Shown: one piece after another, positions 10,407 to 22,830 of the stretch
Layout of the letters: each line of letters starts with the position of its first letter
Numbering within the stretch: position 1 is the first letter of the stretch
Source: Saprolegnia diclina VS20
Lineage: Eukaryota
Length of the DNA stretch: 64,000 nt
Direction of reading: 5' to 3'
Assembly: GCF_000281045.1 (NCBI RefSeq)
Contig: NW_008246083.1
Coordinates: 570,186 to 634,185, forward strand
Notes under the pieces: generated by a model
What the model saw: the letters and a program-made list of their open reading frames with translations, nothing else
What the model was told of the DNA's origin: nothing
Databases searched by the model: none
Translations under genes and position numbers: made by a program

Positions 10407-13400
10407 TCAGTACTGTGCCCCGAGTCGAATCGCATACCGCGCCGCCGCATGCATCGGGTGATGTTCGGGCATGGCAGAGTGTGGTGCGACCGCAGCTATG
10501 CGCCAGAGCTTGATGTCGAGCACGTACTGGACGCCTCGCCACGGGAGCACCAGGTTGCCGTTCAGCACCGCCGAAGCCGGGTCAACGTAGTAGACGCCGT
10601 CGACGGTCCACTTGGCGCGGCAGAAAAAATAGTGGGCGCCAGCGTACATGAAGAAGGCGTCGCGCGTGCTCGGCACGCCGGTCAGCGACGTCTTGTGCAT
10701 ATACAAGTAGGCGCGGACGACCATGTAACTGAGCACTTGGGTCGAGAGCACGAGTACGACAAGACTCACGAGTCGACGCAACTCGCCGATCCGAATGACG
10801 GCGCTGTTGCAAACGACTTGGGCGTCGACTTGAGCGAGGTAGCACTGCAGGCCCAGCGACAGCGTATGCTGAACAGGGTCCAGACTCGTGAGTAGCGTCG
10901 CGCTGCAGTAGACGATCGCACGGTGCAGCGGTGTATATTTGGGGGTCATGGCTTGCGTCCAGACCATGCCAACGTCGTTGACGATGAGCGCGAGCCAGAG
11001 CACCTCGCTGGACGCAACGAGGACTGCGTACCACGGACGCTCGTACTCGGTGCTTGTGAAGGCAACGACGGCGCCATTTTGCACCAACGTCAGCGTCGCG
11101 GTCGAGAGCAGGCAGAGCGCCGAGACGCTTCGTACAAACAGCATCGGACGGCCGAGCCACACGATCGCGCCGACGCTCTGCAGCGAGAGGAGGTTGAGGC
11201 CCTCGACGTGCCCACGCGCGTATACCAGGTAGAGCAGCACGAGCAGCGCCATCGCAAGCATGCCACTGGTTACGTACACGACGCACGCGCGCGCGTAGTT
11301 GGAGATCGTCGTGGGCAACATACTGGCGTCGACCGCGCGCGTGCCGTACACTGTGTTTTCCGTCAAAAGCGTGAGGTTAAAGTTGTTGTCGCCCACAAAC
11401 GCAACGACATCCCGCAGCCCGAGGACCCAGTCGTAGGCGTACATCCAGTTGAAGAATGGCAGCACGTTGGGCTCGAAAATGGGCGCGGTGGCGACGGTGA
11501 CAGGACCCTTGCTGAGCTTTAAAAGCTGAGCGATGGAGACGTGAGAGAGCGCGAGCTCGGCGACCACCGGCGACACGTCGAGGATGGCGTCGCTGGCGTT
11601 GCGCAGGTACGTCTTCGTAAACGCGATCGCGTCGGCCATGTACGAGAGGCAGTCGATTTGGCCGGTGGTGACGACGTCGCAGAGTCGTGGAACATCCGAA
11701 TCCAGCGCGCGCGAGAAGAGCGCGGCCAGAACCAGGTACTCTGGCGCCTTGCTGACCGTGCTCGCATAGTTGATGGTCGAGCAGCTCGTTCGCGCAGTGA
11801 GTGCGACGCATCCGTTCCATATTGGGTTGGGGCTAATGTTCGGGCAGAGGATCGACCCGCCTACCGTCGAGAGGTTTTGCGTGTGCCGCCAAGGGTGCGG
11901 CACAATGATGACGCTGCCCGTGGCCGCCATGGCCAAGTAGGCCGCCTGGGACGCCGGTGTCGATGCAAATACCGTGCGGAGGAGCCGGAGGCTATCGTGG
12001 AAGAGGGACTGGAGCGATCGCGGGGGCGGCACATAGAACATGTCGATCGACCCAAATGGCCCGAGGGTGTGCGTCACCGCCGATAACCCGGCGTCCAGCG
12101 GCGACAAAAGCGTCCCGTTGCTCGTGAGGAGAGACGGCATCGAGACGTTGCGAAAGGCATAGTTGGCACTCAACCGCAGCAAACTGCACCCGGCAACGCC
12201 GCTGTCGTTGCGCGCAACCGCACGCAAATCGTTGCCGAGCGCCCAGTACATCTTGTGCGACGTCGCAATGTCCCACGCAAACGAGAGATTTGTCGCCGCG
12301 ATCGGAAAGGAAAATTGCATCCCAAGCGCGTTCTCCACCGCGTAGCTGTTGGAGACGCCAATCGCCTTGAAGGTTTGCCACTGCGTCGTGTAGTGCTGCA
12401 GCCCATGGGCCGTCCAGAACGCGACTTCGGCGTCCAGCGACAAGAGAGGGGCTTCGAGCGACAGGAGCCACGCCTGGCCGCGACGGGACGTGCGCAACTC
12501 GGCGGCAACGGCGATCTCGAACGCCGCGCCCCAGCAGTCGCGCCACCTCGTATGGAGGTTGCGCAGCGCCGGCTCGAGGTATACGGCGCCGTTGGTCGTC
12601 ATGTGGGCCACGCAGCGCGCTTGCCGGGTCGCCGAGTTGGCCATTTCCCAACTGCGGTTCAAGTCGAGAAAACAATATTGCGTAAAGATCCACGGGAAAT
12701 CACAGGCGCTGGTCGGAGGCGCGCGGCGAAAGCCCGTAATGGCCGCCGAGATGGACCGCAGCGCCGTGTACTGCAGCGTCGCGCCAAGCGAGGCCGGCAC
12801 CGAGAGCGTTGCCGGTCCTGTACTTGACTCCCGGGGGCTCTGGATCGCGCCGATCGAAGGCAGCGTGAGCGACGTGTCACTACTCGTCGTCGGCGACAGC
12901 TGGATTTCCTTCGTGATCCAGTTTGCCAGAAACACATGGGTCGACGTCATGTTGAACGTGCCCCAACACATGTCATTGGCCAGGCTCACGCGGGTTAGGT
13001 CCAAGTACAATAAACCGCTGACCATGGACGCGCCAATGTAGACGACACCCGCGACTGCAAACAGCTGGTTCCACTGGTGGGGCCACTGCCACCAGTGCCG
13101 CTGGCTCAACGGCATTGTCGTCACCTGCGGCAAGACGGCCGACATCGACGCGACCGACGTGTCGACGCGTGTGCAGCTCCATAGCCGGAGGTGAAACATC
13201 TCTGAAACATGCTCTTGGCATGTGGTGCAACGCAAGACGCCGCAGAGAACGCATGCGACGACATCGTACTCGTGCACGATATTGGTGTCCAAGCACGACG
13301 CAGCGAGCGCCGAGACGACGAGGTTCCTTGGCCCTGGAAAGACCGCGTCGTAGGCGTCCAAGGCCCTTGCAACAACCGCACCGAGAACCGCACCGCCCAT

Positions 13401-15776
13401 GCAAATCGCACCCAGCGCCAAGAACCGGCGTTTGTCGCCGATCGCGAGGGTGCCGCTGGTGCACGATAGCATGAGGTCCATCCCAGTCGTCGTGCACGAG
13501 GGCTGGAGGCTCAGTGTCGGCAATATGGGTGCGGTGACTTCATACACAACCAGCGTCAGCCACACAAAGAAGGTCACCGCACTCCGTAGCGCCAAGGTAC
13601 CGGGGGCGCGGCCGCTGCTCGAGACGCAGAGCACGTCGGTCCCGACATATGTGATCCACGTCGCTTCGCCGGCAAGCACACACAATTGCAGCAGCGGGCG
13701 CGGCTGCCACTGCAAAAACGTATATTCGTCCACGAGTTGCAGCGGGTACGGCGCCGTCGACAAGAGCAAGAGCGCGGTGCCGCCGCGAAGGAGCGTGAGC
13801 GGGCGACCGACCCACGTCGCTGCCGTGAGTCGGTTGAAAAACAAGAGGTTCTGTCCTTCGATACGCCACCGGGCGCTACGTGCTGCAAACCCGACGCAGA
13901 GAAGTGCAACAAAGAGCGCAATGCAGGAGGCGTAGACAGCGAGGTACCATACAATGCGGTTGCCCATGTGAATGCGGCCGAGGTCACTGGCGGCCGCGGC
14001 TGGCACCGAAAGGCGCGGGCTCTCGCTCGAGAGGACCACATGCGTCGCAGCGTCGCCGTCAACGGCCACGACCTCGCGAACGCCAAGGACCCAGTCAAAG
14101 AGCAGCAGCCAGCTTGAAAACTGCCAGGCGAACGGCGCAGAAGACGATGCGTTCAGTGGCGCAAAAAGAAGATGCCAATTCTCGTTGGCGTCGGTCGCAA
14201 ACTGGAGAAACCCAACCGTCAAGGCCATCACATCGCGAATCGTCGACACAACGGCGTCATGCATCATTGGAGGTACTGCAGGGACCGCCATTGCCGCTGC
14301 GTCGAGAAGAGTCGTGCACGCGGCGTTGCCAGCGCAGAACGAAGCGTCGGGCAGAGATCCATTCAAGATCAGCAACGTGTACAAAAGAGGAACTGGCGCC
14401 AATGTCATGGTCAGCAACGAAGCGTTGCCATCACAATTGTCTTCAAAGCTCAGCGAGGCCTGCGGGGAAGCCGACGGGCTGTTGTAGAGGCAGAGGGGGT
14501 TGCCGCCATAGTACGTGTACGAGGCGTCCCAGGACGGGACCTGCAGCGCTACAGATATTGTCGCGAGGTTCTCATAGCCAGCCGACGTGCTGAGATGCGC
14601 TGACAAAGCGAATGTGAGCTTCGTATGCAGCATGACAAGCGAAGTCGGCACCGGCAACAGCCACGGGTCTATCGAGAGGAACGGCCCAATGCCATGGTGC
14701 GCAAGGCCCGTCTGATTGATGTACGACGAGCCGTTGTTTTGAACTCCGAGAAAGTCTTCAAAGGCGAGCACGCGCCGATAGTCGTTGATCGCACCGCGTA
14801 CGAGACTCATATTGAGCGCTTGGACCGTCGACCAGTCGTTGGCGGGCAGCCAGTACCAGATGACGCTGGTCCACGGACCGTGGGACGATGCAGACGTCTT
14901 GAGACTAATGGCCTCAGTCATGCCAAGCGCATTGACGATCGCGAGGCTCTCAAGGACACCGGTTCCGTACTGGTTGTGCCATAGCTGCCGGTACTCGCGC
15001 AGGCCGTGTGTGCGCCATTGGGCAATTTCATCTGCAACACTGCCATGACGCAGCGTCGTCATATGCGTGAGCCAGTCACTGCCGGCGGGCGTAGCGAGCA
15101 GCGCCGTTTGGATGGCCACGGTGAACTCGTTGCCGACGCCCCCATACGCAGCAAGAAAGGCCGTGACATTGACGTTTCGAAGCACGGATTCGTAGTACAC
15201 GGCGCCGTTCGGAGCGTAGTTGTTGGCACAACGGGCTTGACGCGCGGTGGTGTGCGCGACCTCCCACGTCTTGTTCCAGTCCACCCAGCATTGCTGCGCA
15301 CGTACGCCTTTGGCGTTGGTGATGTGCATCGTGCGCAACATCGGGATGACCTCCTCGAGCGATATGAGCTCGGTGAGGGCGATGCGCCGTGCGTACGTGG
15401 CGTAGTAGGTCGTCTCAGGTGGTGTCAACGACCCATAGTATGTCATCGGTATCGCAAACCTCGAGAGCGGACTCGAGACCGGCGCTGCAACGGAGGCTGT
15501 CGCCAACGCCGCGTTCGCTGCGTCAATGAGATACGCCTGGTACCCCGATTGGTTAAGCCCAGGCCAGAAGAGCACGTTGGTCAGCGACGGCGCGAGCAGC
15601 TGGAGGTAGTAGGCAGCAACAAGAAGCGAGAACAAGACGTAGGCAAAGCCAGCAACAACGTGGTAGTGGCGCGGCGTCGAGCGTGGTGCGTGGAGGTACT
15701 GAAGCGAGAGGTGTGGCCCCGCAAGAGACGTCGCAAAGGGCTTGACCGCGTTCCTTCCACGCCGCCAAGGCGCCAT
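10407..15776 (-). CDS. Large multi-pass membrane protein with two tandem modules, function unknown
   Basis: Intronless ORF of about 1,790 aa from ATG 15776. Motif blocks occur twice (QQCWVDWNKTWEVAHTTARQARC / QYCFLDLNRSWEMANSATRQARC; NGAVY; GPFxSID; DWVLG; EGxNL; WxGRP), each followed by hydrophobic helices. Confidence 0.85.
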   Translation of the reverse strand: MAPWRRGRNAVKPFATSLAGPHLSLQYLHAPRSTPRHYHVVAGFAYVLFSLLVAAYYLQLLAPSLTNVLFWPGLNQSGYQAYLIDAANAALATASVAAPVSSPLSRFAIPMTYYGSLTPPETTYYATYARRIALTELISLEEVIPMLRTMHITNAKGVRAQQCWVDWNKTWEVAHTTARQARCANNYAPNGAVYYESVLRNVNVTAFLAAYGGVGNEFTVAIQTALLATPAGSDWLTHMTTLRHGSVADEIAQWRTHGLREYRQLWHNQYGTGVLESLAIVNALGMTEAISLKTSASSHGPWTSVIWYWLPANDWSTVQALNMSLVRGAINDYRRVLAFEDFLGVQNNGSSYINQTGLAHHGIGPFLSIDPWLLPVPTSLVMLHTKLTFALSAHLSTSAGYENLATISVALQVPSWDASYTYYGGNPLCLYNSPSASPQASLSFEDNCDGNASLLTMTLAPVPLLYTLLILNGSLPDASFCAGNAACTTLLDAAAMAVPAVPPMMHDAVVSTIRDVMALTVGFLQFATDANENWHLLFAPLNASSSAPFAWQFSSWLLLFDWVLGVREVVAVDGDAATHVVLSSESPRLSVPAAAASDLGRIHMGNRIVWYLAVYASCIALFVALLCVGFAARSARWRIEGQNLLFFNRLTAATWVGRPLTLLRGGTALLLLSTAPYPLQLVDEYTFLQWQPRPLLQLCVLAGEATWITYVGTDVLCVSSSGRAPGTLALRSAVTFFVWLTLVVYEVTAPILPTLSLQPSCTTTGMDLMLSCTSGTLAIGDKRRFLALGAICMGGAVLGAVVARALDAYDAVFPGPRNLVVSALAASCLDTNIVHEYDVVACVLCGVLRCTTCQEHVSEMFHLRLWSCTRVDTSVASMSAVLPQVTTMPLSQRHWWQWPHQWNQLFAVAGVVYIGASMVSGLLYLDLTRVSLANDMCWGTFNMTSTHVFLANWITKEIQLSPTTSSDTSLTLPSIGAIQSPRESSTGPATLSVPASLGATLQYTALRSISAAITGFRRAPPTSACDFPWIFTQYCFLDLNRSWEMANSATRQARCVAHMTTNGAVYLEPALRNLHTRWRDCWGAAFEIAVAAELRTSRRGQAWLLSLEAPLLSLDAEVAFWTAHGLQHYTTQWQTFKAIGVSNSYAVENALGMQFSFPIAATNLSFAWDIATSHKMYWALGNDLRAVARNDSGVAGCSLLRLSANYAFRNVSMPSLLTSNGTLLSPLDAGLSAVTHTLGPFGSIDMFYVPPPRSLQSLFHDSLRLLRTVFASTPASQAAYLAMAATGSVIIVPHPWRHTQNLSTVGGSILCPNISPNPIWNGCVALTARTSCSTINYASTVSKAPEYLVLAALFSRALDSDVPRLCDVVTTGQIDCLSYMADAIAFTKTYLRNASDAILDVSPVVAELALSHVSIAQLLKLSKGPVTVATAPIFEPNVLPFFNWMYAYDWVLGLRDVVAFVGDNNFNLTLLTENTVYGTRAVDASMLPTTISNYARACVVYVTSGMLAMALLVLLYLVYARGHVEGLNLLSLQSVGAIVWLGRPMLFVRSVSALCLLSTATLTLVQNGAVVAFTSTEYERPWYAVLVASSEVLWLALIVNDVGMVWTQAMTPKYTPLHRAIVYCSATLLTSLDPVQHTLSLGLQCYLAQVDAQVVCNSAVIRIGELRRLVSLVVLVLSTQVLSYMVVRAYLYMHKTSLTGVPSTRDAFFMYAGAHYFFCRAKWTVDGVYYVDPASAVLNGNLVLPWRGVQYVLDIKLWRIAAVAPHSAMPEHHPMHAAARYAIRLGAQY

Positions 15777-16845
15777 CCGACGATGCGTTTTGCTGGCTGT
15801 GCCAACCTGCGGCGTGTCTACAGTAACTGACAAAGAGGCGCCTCGATGCAAGGCAGCTCAACCAACGCTTCAGGCTATCGAGAATTGGTCGCTTGTACTG
15901 CAGACGAGCGCGCCTTTGCTACGCCTTCAAGGCTCCTTGCTACGCTAACAAAGAGCTCCAATCCCAAGGCGTCGAGGGCTCGTTCGCACGAGCTATCTTT
16001 GGCTGAAATCGTGCAAGGAAGGATGCAACGCACTGCTTCCGCAACGGCGCCTCGACGGCGTGCGTTGGAGTCAAGAGGACTTTGGCGGTAGCCTATTATC
16101 TGGCGATGAGTTTGTTGATACGCACCTTCGGGGATCTTTCACAACTGTTTTATAAATCAATGTAGCATATGCAGCGAACCATGAGAAAGCTCCTGCTCGT
16201 CCGCTTGTACGTGCTTGTCCGCGCTGTTGCTCCCACCACTTTGCCACGCCAGCGATCCTTGCCGATATACACTTTTAAACCGAAATAGTGTTGCGCAGTA
16301 ATGCCGCATCAAGTGATATAGTGTCCGACCTACACCATATAGATCAACCTATTTAGTGTTAAATTCAAATAGTGTTAAATGACGCATTTTTACAATGCTG
16401 CGCTGTGCTGGCTGCCTGCACGGCTTCTACCCCAACTTCAAGCCGCCCTGTCCAGTGTTTACCTATCGGTGGCGCCGTGGAGTGTTCTCTGGGAAAGGGC
16501 CCGCTGGCCTATCAGAAGCGGTCTCGCGGCGACCACGTGGCTGCAAATGGCTGGTCCACATCCTTTTTTCGAAGCCGAACCAGCTCGCACAGTCGTTTTT
16601 CTCCCTCCTTCTTTGCCGCTCGGCGTTGCAATTTAAAAAAATACACGCCCCCGCCGACGATCTCTGTTTATTTGGCTCGGGTTTCGAAACGGTGCGGCCA
16701 AATTTAATTGTGTGGCGCACGCCACGCATATACTTGCGCTTTGTATGCCGCCTCGTAATTCTTTGGCTTGTCCCAACTTTTTTTCGGTCGCGTTACACAT
16801 GCACTTGGTATTTGTATGTATAGATTGCAGGACGCATAAAATTAA

Positions 16846-17460
<615 letters not shown>

Positions 17461-18077
17461 ACGGCGCGTATATGTGTCTCTTTTTACCCCGAACGCGATG
17501 TGCACCGCCTGTCCCGTCTTCCTAGTACGAGCAGCGCTGCCAGCGACGGCAGTGCGAAGCGAACGGGTTTATATATTTTAAAGCAACGAGACTAAGAATC
17601 GTCTTGACAAACCCGCGACCTGGCCCTGCTTGAACCACCAGCCCCGTCAACTTTGTGTAGTGTACATGGCGAGGAGGACTTGCACGTTCGCAGGCTGGCA
17701 TGTAGCACCGTGCTGCATCGCTATTGTCTTAAACCAAGTCGCGCCCAGTGGCGCCAGCCCACAACAAGACTCTTGCCCGCGAGCGCGGTCGAGCGAGCGC
17801 AAGGTGCATGGCTGTGCTGCTTGGCGAAGGCGGGCGAAGTTCAGCAGTACGAGAGCCAGGCCAGCTGGGCCGTCCCACCGCCATGAGAGGGACAAGACAC
17901 TGCCACGCTTGAAGTTGCTCGAGGTCGGATCGTTGGTTTCACACGGTTTCGAGGCCGTGGCAATACTCCATCCTATGCTCGCGAAGCGGCTGTCGCTCAA
18001 CGTCCTCTCGCCCAAGGCGCTGAGCCCGAGCGCCACGTCGCCCCGAGGTGCACGCGTCTGCGAGCCTACGAAGCGAC

Positions 18078-20404
18078 ATGGCGCCACTGCGCGTAGGCAA
18101 AGACCGCCTGCGCCTGACTAAGACGCCTGCGCCACCGAGCGACGAGAACCAGCGCAGCCCACCATTGACGCCGGTCGTCACGACGCCCGACGACGTCATC
18201 CACGAGGTCCAAGCGACGCTCACGAGCCTGCTTGAGCGCATGGACGGTATTAAGCCGGCCAAGTTGCGCTCCATCAAGCTCGGCGGTGCGCAGCGTCTTT
18301 GCAAGGTGCAGGACAGAGGCGGTGCAGCGTAGGCGAGCTCCGGGGGCTCCTAGGCAAGGCCGACGACGAGTTTGGCGCGCACGAACGTACGTTCCGCAAG
18401 CACGCGCACAACGATGGTCTGCAGATCCAGCTGCAGAACTTTGTCGCGAGCCTCCACGGCCTCTCGCCCGTCCTCGACTCGTATCGTTTGCGATACTTCA
18501 ATTCTGTCTCGACTACAAAGCGACTAGAATCCAAAAGACGAGTTTTCTTGTCAACGCGTTTGTCAAGCGCAACGTCGAATTTGCCTTTCAAGAAATCTCG
18601 TCCTACTACGCGTCGATGGTACACTGTCATTTCGACTAGGACCGACTAATACGCTCCATGTTAGTTTACCGAGCTGTCGCTGGCTGTGGCCCATGCTTCG
18701 GGCTCGGCGGCCGAGGCAGCGGTCCTTGCCACCTTGCGCGCCGAGCCGCAGACGCCGGACGACGAGCCTTCACCGGGTGCGACAGAGACCTCGAGCTGCG
18801 TCGTCGTCACACCTGTTGCCAGAGGTGCAGTATCAAATGGGCCAGCAGCTCTTCTTGGGTCATGGCCGCGCCGCCAACCAGCACCAAGCCTTTGTTCACT
18901 ACAAGGTCTTGGCCTCGGTCGTGCAGCGACGGCTCATGCGCTTCGTAGCTCGCCGCGGTCCAAGGACACATGGAGGCCATGGTGTGCCTGGCTCAAATGT
19001 ACCGGGACGGCCGCGTCGTCGAGAGCGACCACGAAGCCGCGATGCAGTGGTGCACGCGCGCCGCCAGCCTCGGGTCCATCGAGGCCACGTTTGCGCTGGG
19101 GGACCTCCTCGTACGCTCGCACGCTTGCTACCAGTAAGCAGCGATGACCGTAGGTACAAAAGGCGCGTCTTCTCACCCACGTCGCGCGACGCCAAGAAAC
19201 GTATGCTCTGGCGATGGTGCGACTGACGCAAGCCGCCGACCAAGGCCACCGGGAGGCCCAGTACGCTGTCGGTAACGCCTGGCACGTCACATGGAGCTCG
19301 CTTCACTAGTGATGTAGCACATTTGTACGAGATCGGTGCGGTCGGCGCCGTTCAATGGCAGCTGGCTAAGGAGGCGTACGTCAAAGCGAGTGACCAAGGC
19401 CACAGTAAGGCGCAGGAAGCCTTGGGGCGGCTTCACTATCACGGCCACGGCGTCGAGATGGACAAGACCCGAGCTGCCCACTACTTGCAGATGGCGACGC
19501 AGGTGCTTTGACGCTCAACAACACATTGACGACAGCCGCAATATATGTCCTAGAGCGACCCGAGCTTGCCGGATGCGTGGTATTTACTGGGCGTCATCTA
19601 TGCCAATGGCGACGAAGTGCCCGTGGACAAGCCCCGTGCCAAGCGATGTTTTGTTAAAGTAGATACTGTCTCCTCTTCACGACAGCGTAAAGAGAGGGAT
19701 TTGGATGACGTAGGCCGCCATGCTTGAGCACATGGACGCCCCAACCGAGCTTGCCGCGATGCTGCTCACGAGCGAGAGGGCACCCGTGGCCGATGACGTG
19801 GCGACCGAGGCGCTCAAGTGGCTCGTCTTTGTCGAGCCACCGACCGCCCGCGCCCAGTACCTTCTCGGCACACTCTTCGAACACGACGCCTTCCTCAATA
19901 TACCCACGGCTCTGCGCTATTACACGGCGGCGGCCCGAGCGGTAGGTTGAGGAGCTAACTTGTACATTCTTTCGTTGGGATTAGGGTCATGGCGTGGCGG
20001 CGCAGCGTGCGGCGCAGCTCTACTACAGCGGCCACAAGGGCGGCGAGTTGCGCAGTGAGAAGCGATTGGCATTTGAAATGTATTTTATCGCAGCGCGCAC
20101 GAGTCACGATGCCGAGTCGATAAACGCGCTGGGTCTCATGTACGAAGACGGCGAAGGCGTCGGAGTGGACATGGCGATGGCGGCCGACTGCTTTCGCCAA
20201 GCCGCCGACCGGCAGAGCGCCCACGGCCACTTCAACTATGCGTGTCTTCTCCGCGCCGGCCGCGGTGTCGAAAAGGATATGGACGCTGCCAAGCACCACT
20301 TTGAACAGGTCCGAACACGTTGTGTATCAAGTTGATACAAAGAGGGGTAGGCGCTCGCGCTCGGCTACGCCCAGGCGCGGCAGTTCCTCTCGACAACGAA
20401 ATAG
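18078..20404 (+). CDS. SEL1-like repeat protein, multi-exon
   Basis: Repeated SLR units (AQEALGRLHYHGHGVEMDKTRA; INALGLMYEDGEGVGVDMAMAADCFRQAA; LRAGRGVEKDMDAAK) split by short introns; boundaries approximate. Confidence 0.8.
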
Positions 20405-20895
20405 CAAGCTAAGATACAAAGGTGGTCGATGCTGCTGTACGCAGGCGGGGTGGTTCGAAGCTAGGACAACGACAAATCGCAAACTCAAACTCAATGTATC
20501 GCTTTCAGTGGTCCGGGCTCATGTCATTATATGTTTTTAGTCGTTGATCGATATCCGATATGCAGCAAAATAATCCGTTGCGCCACTGGCTCTGAAATTG
20601 TCTGGGTGTTGCCGAGCCAGCACTCGATTGGCTTGATCATCCTACTACAGTACCAAGTAGTACGGCGCAAGAGAGGACTCGCCAGGCCAAATGCACCTTG
20701 CCGACGTGAGCGCTTTGCGTTGGAAGAGCGCGCACCCGTCGCCGCTTGGCGCTGCCCGTGCTCGTTATCCGGATGAAAGTGAGCTGGCAAGCTGACCTGC
20801 GCGCATTATCCGGACAAATCATTGCGTCCTGCGAAGATGCAACGAAGGCGCTATGTTTCGTTTGTTAGCTGGTGACCATCTCGCGTCGGCGTACT

Positions 20896-21636
20896 TCAGC
20901 GGCGTGCTTCTCCCATCGCCTGAATCGCTGCGAGAACGATGTCCCACTTGCGCTTCCACACGAGCTTGCGTAAGTGGCGCTGGACCGCGCGCATGGCTTG
21001 GCGCACCGGTCTCTGTTGGCACATTGCGCGAATAATATCTTCGCGACGGCGCTTGAAGTACAATGTAAACGCGCGGCCGTCAATCTCTGGCGGCGCCCGC
21101 GGATCCACAAACTCGACAAGCAACGTGTCATCGGTCTCGAGGGACACGACCGTGTGGCCGTGGTCGACGATCGCATCTTGGTCCGTGGCGGCGCCATGTA
21201 GCAGCGTCGAAAAGTACGTACGGAGTGGTGCGTTGGTCGGCGGCTCCCACTGCGGCATGTAACAGACGCCTAGCACGAGCGAGACGAGGCGAAGTTGACT
21301 CGTTGGATCAAACACAAAGGAGATGCGACTCGCGCTGTCGTAGGTCGCTGTCGGAGGCAAGCACGGAAAGAGCTCCGCGACGTTCTCGAGGCGGCAGCAG
21401 ACGCAGCGAGCCATGTAGTTGGGCAATTCAACGGCAGTGATCGGCATGTTTGGTGTCCACAAGTCGGACTTGAGCGCGGCGAGCGCGTCGAAACTCATAC
21501 CGAGATGAATGCCGTTGCCGCCGAGCCACGGAGCGAGCCGATCGGGCAACGCGACCCGAGCAGCAGCAGCCAAGTGCGACCGATAGTAGGCTTCGCTAGC
21601 CGGGAGTTGCCGCAGGGCAATGGACCACCGAATACG
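20896..21636 (-). CDS. Hypothetical protein segment below the assembly gap (3' part of the RING gene or a separate gene)
   Basis: Open frame of about 245 aa with coding-like composition running from the gap to a stop at 20896. Confidence 0.5.
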   Translation of the reverse strand, partial: RIRWSIALRQLPASEAYYRSHLAAAARVALPDRLAPWLGGNGIHLGMSFDALAALKSDLWTPNMPITAVELPNYMARCVCCRLENVAELFPCLPPTATYDSASRISFVFDPTSQLRLVSLVLGVCYMPQWEPPTNAPLRTYFSTLLHGAATDQDAIVDHGHTVVSLETDDTLLVEFVDPRAPPEIDGRAFTLYFKRRREDIIRAMCQQRPVRQAMRAVQRHLRKLVWKRKWDIVLAAIQAMGEARR

Positions 21637-21921
21637 NNNNNNNNNNNNNNNNNNNNNNNNNNNNNNNNNNNNNNNNNNNNNNNNNNNNNNNNNNNNNNNN
21701 NNNNNNNNNNNNNNNNNNNNNNNNNNNNNNNNNNNNNNNNNNNNNNNNNNNNNNNNNNNNNNNNNNNNNNNNNNNNNNNNNNNNNNNNNNNNNNNNNNNN
21801 NNNNNNNNNNNNNNNNNNNNNNNNNNNNNNNNNNNNNNNNNNNNNNNNNNNNNNNNNNNNNNNNNNNNNNNNNNNNNNNNNNNNNNNNNNNNNNNNNNNN
21901 NNNNNNNNNNNNNNNNNNNNN
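21637..21921. other. Assembly gap (N run)
   Basis: Run of N. Confidence 1.
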
Positions 21922-22501
21922 GCGTCGCACGGCGTTCGACGTCGTAGATCTGTGATAGAAGCGCACTTAGAATGACGTCGTCGTGCCCCAGAAACGTTGC
22001 GCGGACGTAGTTGTAAACCGCGTCGGCCGAGAGGCGGTGGTGACAGTACTGGCCACAGCGCGCCCGAAGCTCTGGCATTTGCTGTGCGAGGTGCGTCGGC
22101 AATGAAAGTGGCTGGACCGAGTCGCACGCCTCTGGCAGCACCGACGTGTTGGTGTGGCAACTTGGGCAGACGACGTTGCACGCCGAGTGCACCTTTGTTT
22201 CCAACAGCTGCAGGTGCGCGTTCGGCTTGCTTAGCTTCTCGCGCCATCGAACCAAGCTGGCAGGCCGCAGGCAGATCGGACACTTGAGCTGAGCGACCAC
22301 GCCGTAGAGCGCCGATGCAGCCTGGAAACCGACGTAGGCGTTGATGCACGATGCGCAGAGGACCGCGGAACAGGAGGCGCCGCATATCTGCGTGATGACG
22401 GCGTAGGTCTCGTCAAAGCACACTTGGCACGTGGCAACACCGGGCGCCACCATGCTCTCGACGCAGTGAGTCAAATCACCGAATGAAGACCTCGAGACCA
22501 T
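21922..22501 (-). CDS. RING-finger protein (possibly RBR/IBR type), 5' part, cut by the gap
   Basis: CQVC...CGASC...CASC...CPIC RING-like pattern, then CPSCH. Start codon uncertain. Confidence 0.65.
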
Positions 22502-22830
22502 CGCATGCAGGATCGTGGACAACACACTCCGTTGTTCGGGTCGCGAAACAGGAGCAATAAGACACCCAAAGGCTCCGTATCCGGATGCGTTCTGGAGCTT
22601 TTCACGCAGTCGACGTCATCATCCGAGGTATAACATGGCGGGATCTCCTCGAGAGTACGGTCGTTGACAGACACGCATCAAGCTTCACTTGTGTAACGCA
22701 CTGGTGCCTGAACCACGAGGAACGCAGAGAGGCTGCCACGTATGGCCGTTTCAGAATACAAATATATTGACACACTGCTAGTCGAATATAGACGGACGCC
22801 ACACAAAGCGGTGGTCGCGGATGTGGTTCC

